This document shows positions 61,150-64,000 of a stretch of 64,000 bases of DNA, piece after piece. A program made the translations under genes and the position numbers. Positions within the stretch are counted from its first letter, which is position 1. Each line of letters begins with the position of its first letter. This DNA is from Zygnema circumcarinatum SAG 698-1b (lineage: Eukaryota; Plantae; Zygnematophyceae). The notes beneath the pieces were generated by a model. The model was not told where the DNA came from. It searched no databases and saw only the letters and a program-made list of their open reading frames with translations. The DNA is taken from NCBI GenBank assembly GCA_037447605.1, contig CM074821.1:1674001-1738000 (forward strand), read 5' to 3'.

Positions 61150-62401
61150 TCAGTCGTCGTCGTAGGACCTGTGCGGGGCCGCCTCGCAGCCGATGTCGAA
61201 GGCGTCGCTGCGCCCGCAGCAGTGCCAGTACGCCGTCACTTCGCCCCCGCCCGTCGTACGCATCGTGCCGCCCGTGTGCACGCCCTCAAACTTGCGCTTC
61301 GTCTCGCCTGCAATGGGAGGGAGGGAGGGAGGGAAGGAGGGACAAGGAAAGGGAGGGAGGGAAGGAGGGACAAGGAAAGGGAGGGAGGGAGGGAGGGGCA
61401 AGGAAAGGGAGGGAGGGAGGGAGGGACAAGGAAAGGGAGGGAGGGGGGCAGGAGAGAGGGGCGAGAAAAAATGACACTTTCGTGAATGTAACCAATAATA
61501 GAAGGAGAACAGCCTCAAAGATCACTAAGCTGTAATTTAAAGACAGCTTGTATGCCTCAGATAAGCTGATGGAAGGCCAGAAAAAGGTCTAGGGATAAGA
61601 AGAAATACATTAAAACCCTAACTTTTTGGGAAAATGTTCATAAAATGCCGCCGCTCTCTCACCTCCATAGTGAGCCGTGTGGTATCGGCACGCCTTCCCG
61701 TGATTCTCAGAAACTGCAAACGGCCGTTTGCAGTTTCTGCATGTTCGCACCTCCGCAGACGGCGGCACAGAGACGGCTGCGGCCATGCAGAGGGAGCAAT
61801 GCAGCGCTCAGAACAGCTTACCATCGAATTTGAGAGCATTTCCTTTAGAGAGCTAGAGAAAAAATCGTGCAAGATTTAGGGTTTTGAAGAATCTTAGCTG
61901 CATTAGGGTAACTGCGACCTCACAGTCCTATGAAAAATCCTGAAATTCACCCCTCAACATTTCCACTGCGTTACCGCATCCAGGCTGGACCCTCAACCCT
62001 AACACCACAACCTTGAACCTCAAAACCCTCAACCCTGAAGGCTAGAACCCAACCCCTTCAACCCTGGACCCAACTCCTAAGCCCTAAACCCGAACCTCTT
62101 TCTGATTTGACCTTGAGCCTTAAACCCCGAACCCTAAACCCCGGCTCCTCTGTCCACGCGCCCCGCCACAAAAACCTCAACCCTAAACCCTGAACCCTAA
62201 ACCCTAAACCCTAACCCCTTCCCCACCTCAACACCCTTGGTGGTCAATTTTTATAATTTTGCAAAGCCCACATTTTGCGGTTTATACATACATACCCTGT
62301 GCGCTGATCCGACCCGCGTGGTTTCTAGTTCGCACGTGCGGACTGCCCTGAACCCTAATTCCCAGAAAGGATGGGCCCGCAAGAGCGCCCATGGCCGCCA
62401 T
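61150..62401 (-). CDS. Conserved green-lineage protein of unknown function with a CHORD-like Cys/His motif and predicted plastid transit peptide
   Basis: Exons 62401-62296 (MAAMGALAGPSFLGIRVQGS..., transit-peptide-like), 61776-61663 and 61307-61150. Extra small exons are possible, e.g. 61852-61822. Core RTCRNCKRPF...NHGKACRYHTAHYGGETKRKFEGVHTGGTM...YWHCCG..DAFDIGCEAAPHRSYDDD. Confidence 0.8.
61985..62222 (-). repeat. Degenerate telomere-like (AAACCCT)n array in intron 1 of the Cys/His protein gene
   Basis: Repeated AACCCT, AAACCCTA and AACCCC units. Confidence 0.8.
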
Positions 62402-62424
62402 GGCCCGCTTTGGATATCGTAGGG

Positions 62425-62870
62425 ACCCGTCGTTGGATGCGCATGTTTTAAAACCGTTCGATGCAAAACAGGTTTTCATCTAACGGTCAGTACACGCCCT
62501 CCGTATGTGCTGAATGAATCCGACGGTGGGTGTGAAGCCAACAGAAGATGTCAAAATCCAACGGCTCATGTGGGCCTTCCTTCAGCAACATGCCATATCT
62601 AACGGCTCTCGTGGAACCACTCATTCCTGCGGAATCCAACGGTAGCTATGCGCCATCACGAATTGTGAAATCCAACGGCTCCGATTGAGTGCAAGTATAA
62701 GTGTCACATCTAACGGCCTCTGTGCTACTTGGATTTCCGCAGGATCCAATGGCTCCTGCATGCCCTGCAGGACCTGCACGGAAGAGCTCTTCGAAGCCGT
62801 TGGATGATTACCGTTAAGGAGGACGTGATGAGAGCCGTCGGATGCCGTGGGCAGCATTAACCGTCCGATG
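62425..62870. promoter_or_regulatory. Array of ATCYRACGG (MSA-like AACGG) motifs upstream of the Cys/His protein gene
   Basis: Cores at 62482, 62522, 62560, 62601, 62638, 62674, 62712 and 62748 in one orientation, with inverted copies on both flanks. Confidence 0.65.
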
Positions 62871-63484
62871 CGGATGCATTTCTCATACGGATATCCCAAG
62901 CATTTTTCGCCATTTTCCTTCGTTTTTTTTTTTTCGTTTCCAACTGCGGCGTGACTGAACTAGCATCTGGACATGCCACACATTGACATTTTTTTTGTGA
63001 TGCATTTTTTCCTATGAAGCCTTCACACTCCTCTTTCACCAACCCTTCTAGAGACTGCATCAAGAAGCTTCACTTTTGTACCAGTAACTATTTGGTTTGC
63101 AAAACAAATCAATGCCAAATGGCAAACCACCCACAATCGCTAGACAGCATTAAGAGCAGAGACACCTCCCAACCAATATACTCGCCAGTATTCCCTTTAC
63201 CAGAACATACATATCGAAAGTTGGCACCTCTGTTTGTCGCCAGCAATCAAACTAGTCATGAACTGGAGTCATCTGTCTCTGAATCCGCACCTTTGAGTAC
63301 GCTGTGAACGAACTTCTCCCTCTCCCTCCCTCTCCCTCCCTCTCCCTCCCTCTTAACTTACATCGAACAACACGCCACTGTTGGCATCACTACATTTACA
63401 TTTATTATAGATAACATACGTCCCTCCATATTTCGTCCCATTTTGTTTGAAACCTCCCTATAGTCAACAACAAGGAGAGGAACC

Positions 63485-63709
63485 TCAATGCATGAATCCG
63501 AAAAAGCCTCCTCCCTTGTGGTCCTTGTGGCCATGGCCTTCCTTCGCCATCTCCTCATACATCTGCTTGAGCAGCATGGTGATGCCGGAGAAGGAGGGCC
63601 GCTTGGAGGGGTCTTGGGCCCACGAGGAGGAGATCAGAGAGACCAGATTTGGGCTCATTCCATGTGGCAGTTTGGGCCTCAGTGAACCGTCCGCGACTCC
63701 AACGGCCAT
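63485..63709 (-). CDS. Last exon of a Raf-like/STY protein kinase (subdomains X-XI); the gene continues beyond the window
   Basis: MAVGVADGSLRPKLPHGMSPNLVSLISSSWAQDPSKRPSFSGITMLLKQM after a TGCAG acceptor. LRP.IP...W..DP..RP.F is typical of TKL/Raf-like C-termini. Confidence 0.75.
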   Translation of the reverse strand: MAVGVADGSLRPKLPHGMSPNLVSLISSSWAQDPSKRPSFSGITMLLKQMYEEMAKEGHGHKDHKGGGFFGFMH

Positions 63710-64000
63710 CTGCACTCCCACCATTTAACCAACAGAGAGGGAGGGAGGGGAGGGAGGGAGAGAGGGAGGGAGGGGAGGGAGGGAGAGGGGGAGGGAGGGG
63801 AGGGAGAGAGAGAGGGAGGGAGGGGAGGGAGAGAGAGAGAGGGAGGGAGAGGAGGGNNNNNNNNNNGAGAGAGAGAGAGGGAGGGAGAGGAGGGAGAGAG
63901 AAAGGGAGGGAGGGGAGGGAGAGAGAGAGGGAGGGAGAGGAGGGAGAGAGGAGGGAGGGGAGGGAGAGAGAGTGGGAGGGACGGGAGGGAGAGAGAGAGG

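Noticed and set aside
63620-63640. Kinase subdomain XI reads SW instead of the usual CW
   Set aside because: A single substitution at a non-catalytic position, and only the last exon is visible, so nothing can be concluded.

Overview
Eukaryotic nuclear DNA from the green lineage. Plant-type gene families (PLATZ, TBL, LRR-RLK, PSA2), intron-dense genes, very abundant GA/CT microsatellites and TTTAGGG-like repeats suggest a streptophyte alga or early-diverging plant; this is inference. The assembly is a draft with many 10-N gaps. I can reconstruct 12 spliced protein-coding genes by hand: glycyl-tRNA synthetase (+), TRP14/TXNDC17-like thioredoxin (-), SUB1-like glycosyltransferase (+), TIM22-2/HP20-type PRAT protein (-), a large LRR receptor kinase (+), an intronless PLATZ factor (-), a TBL O-acetyltransferase homolog (-), RPS11 (-), PSA2 (+), U2A' (+), a Cys/His-rich plastid-targeted protein of unknown function (-), and the last exon of a Raf-like kinase (-). 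The stretch 14.8-18.9 kb holds decayed transposons: a hAT remnant, a CRE-like remnant and nested MITEs. Two blocks of about 1.5 kb next to N-gaps are duplicated and are probably assembly artefacts. Most notable observations: (1) the TBL protein has lost both catalytic residues; (2) two promoters carry regularly spaced arrays of an ATCYRACGG-type motif; (3) the TRP14 has a signal peptide; (4) a perfect 32-bp palindrome lies inside a coding exon; (5) several 3' splice sites are purine-rich, and one has a tandem branch-point array. No rRNA, tRNA or CRISPR array was seen. Most long ORFs in the ORF track are microsatellite read-throughs.
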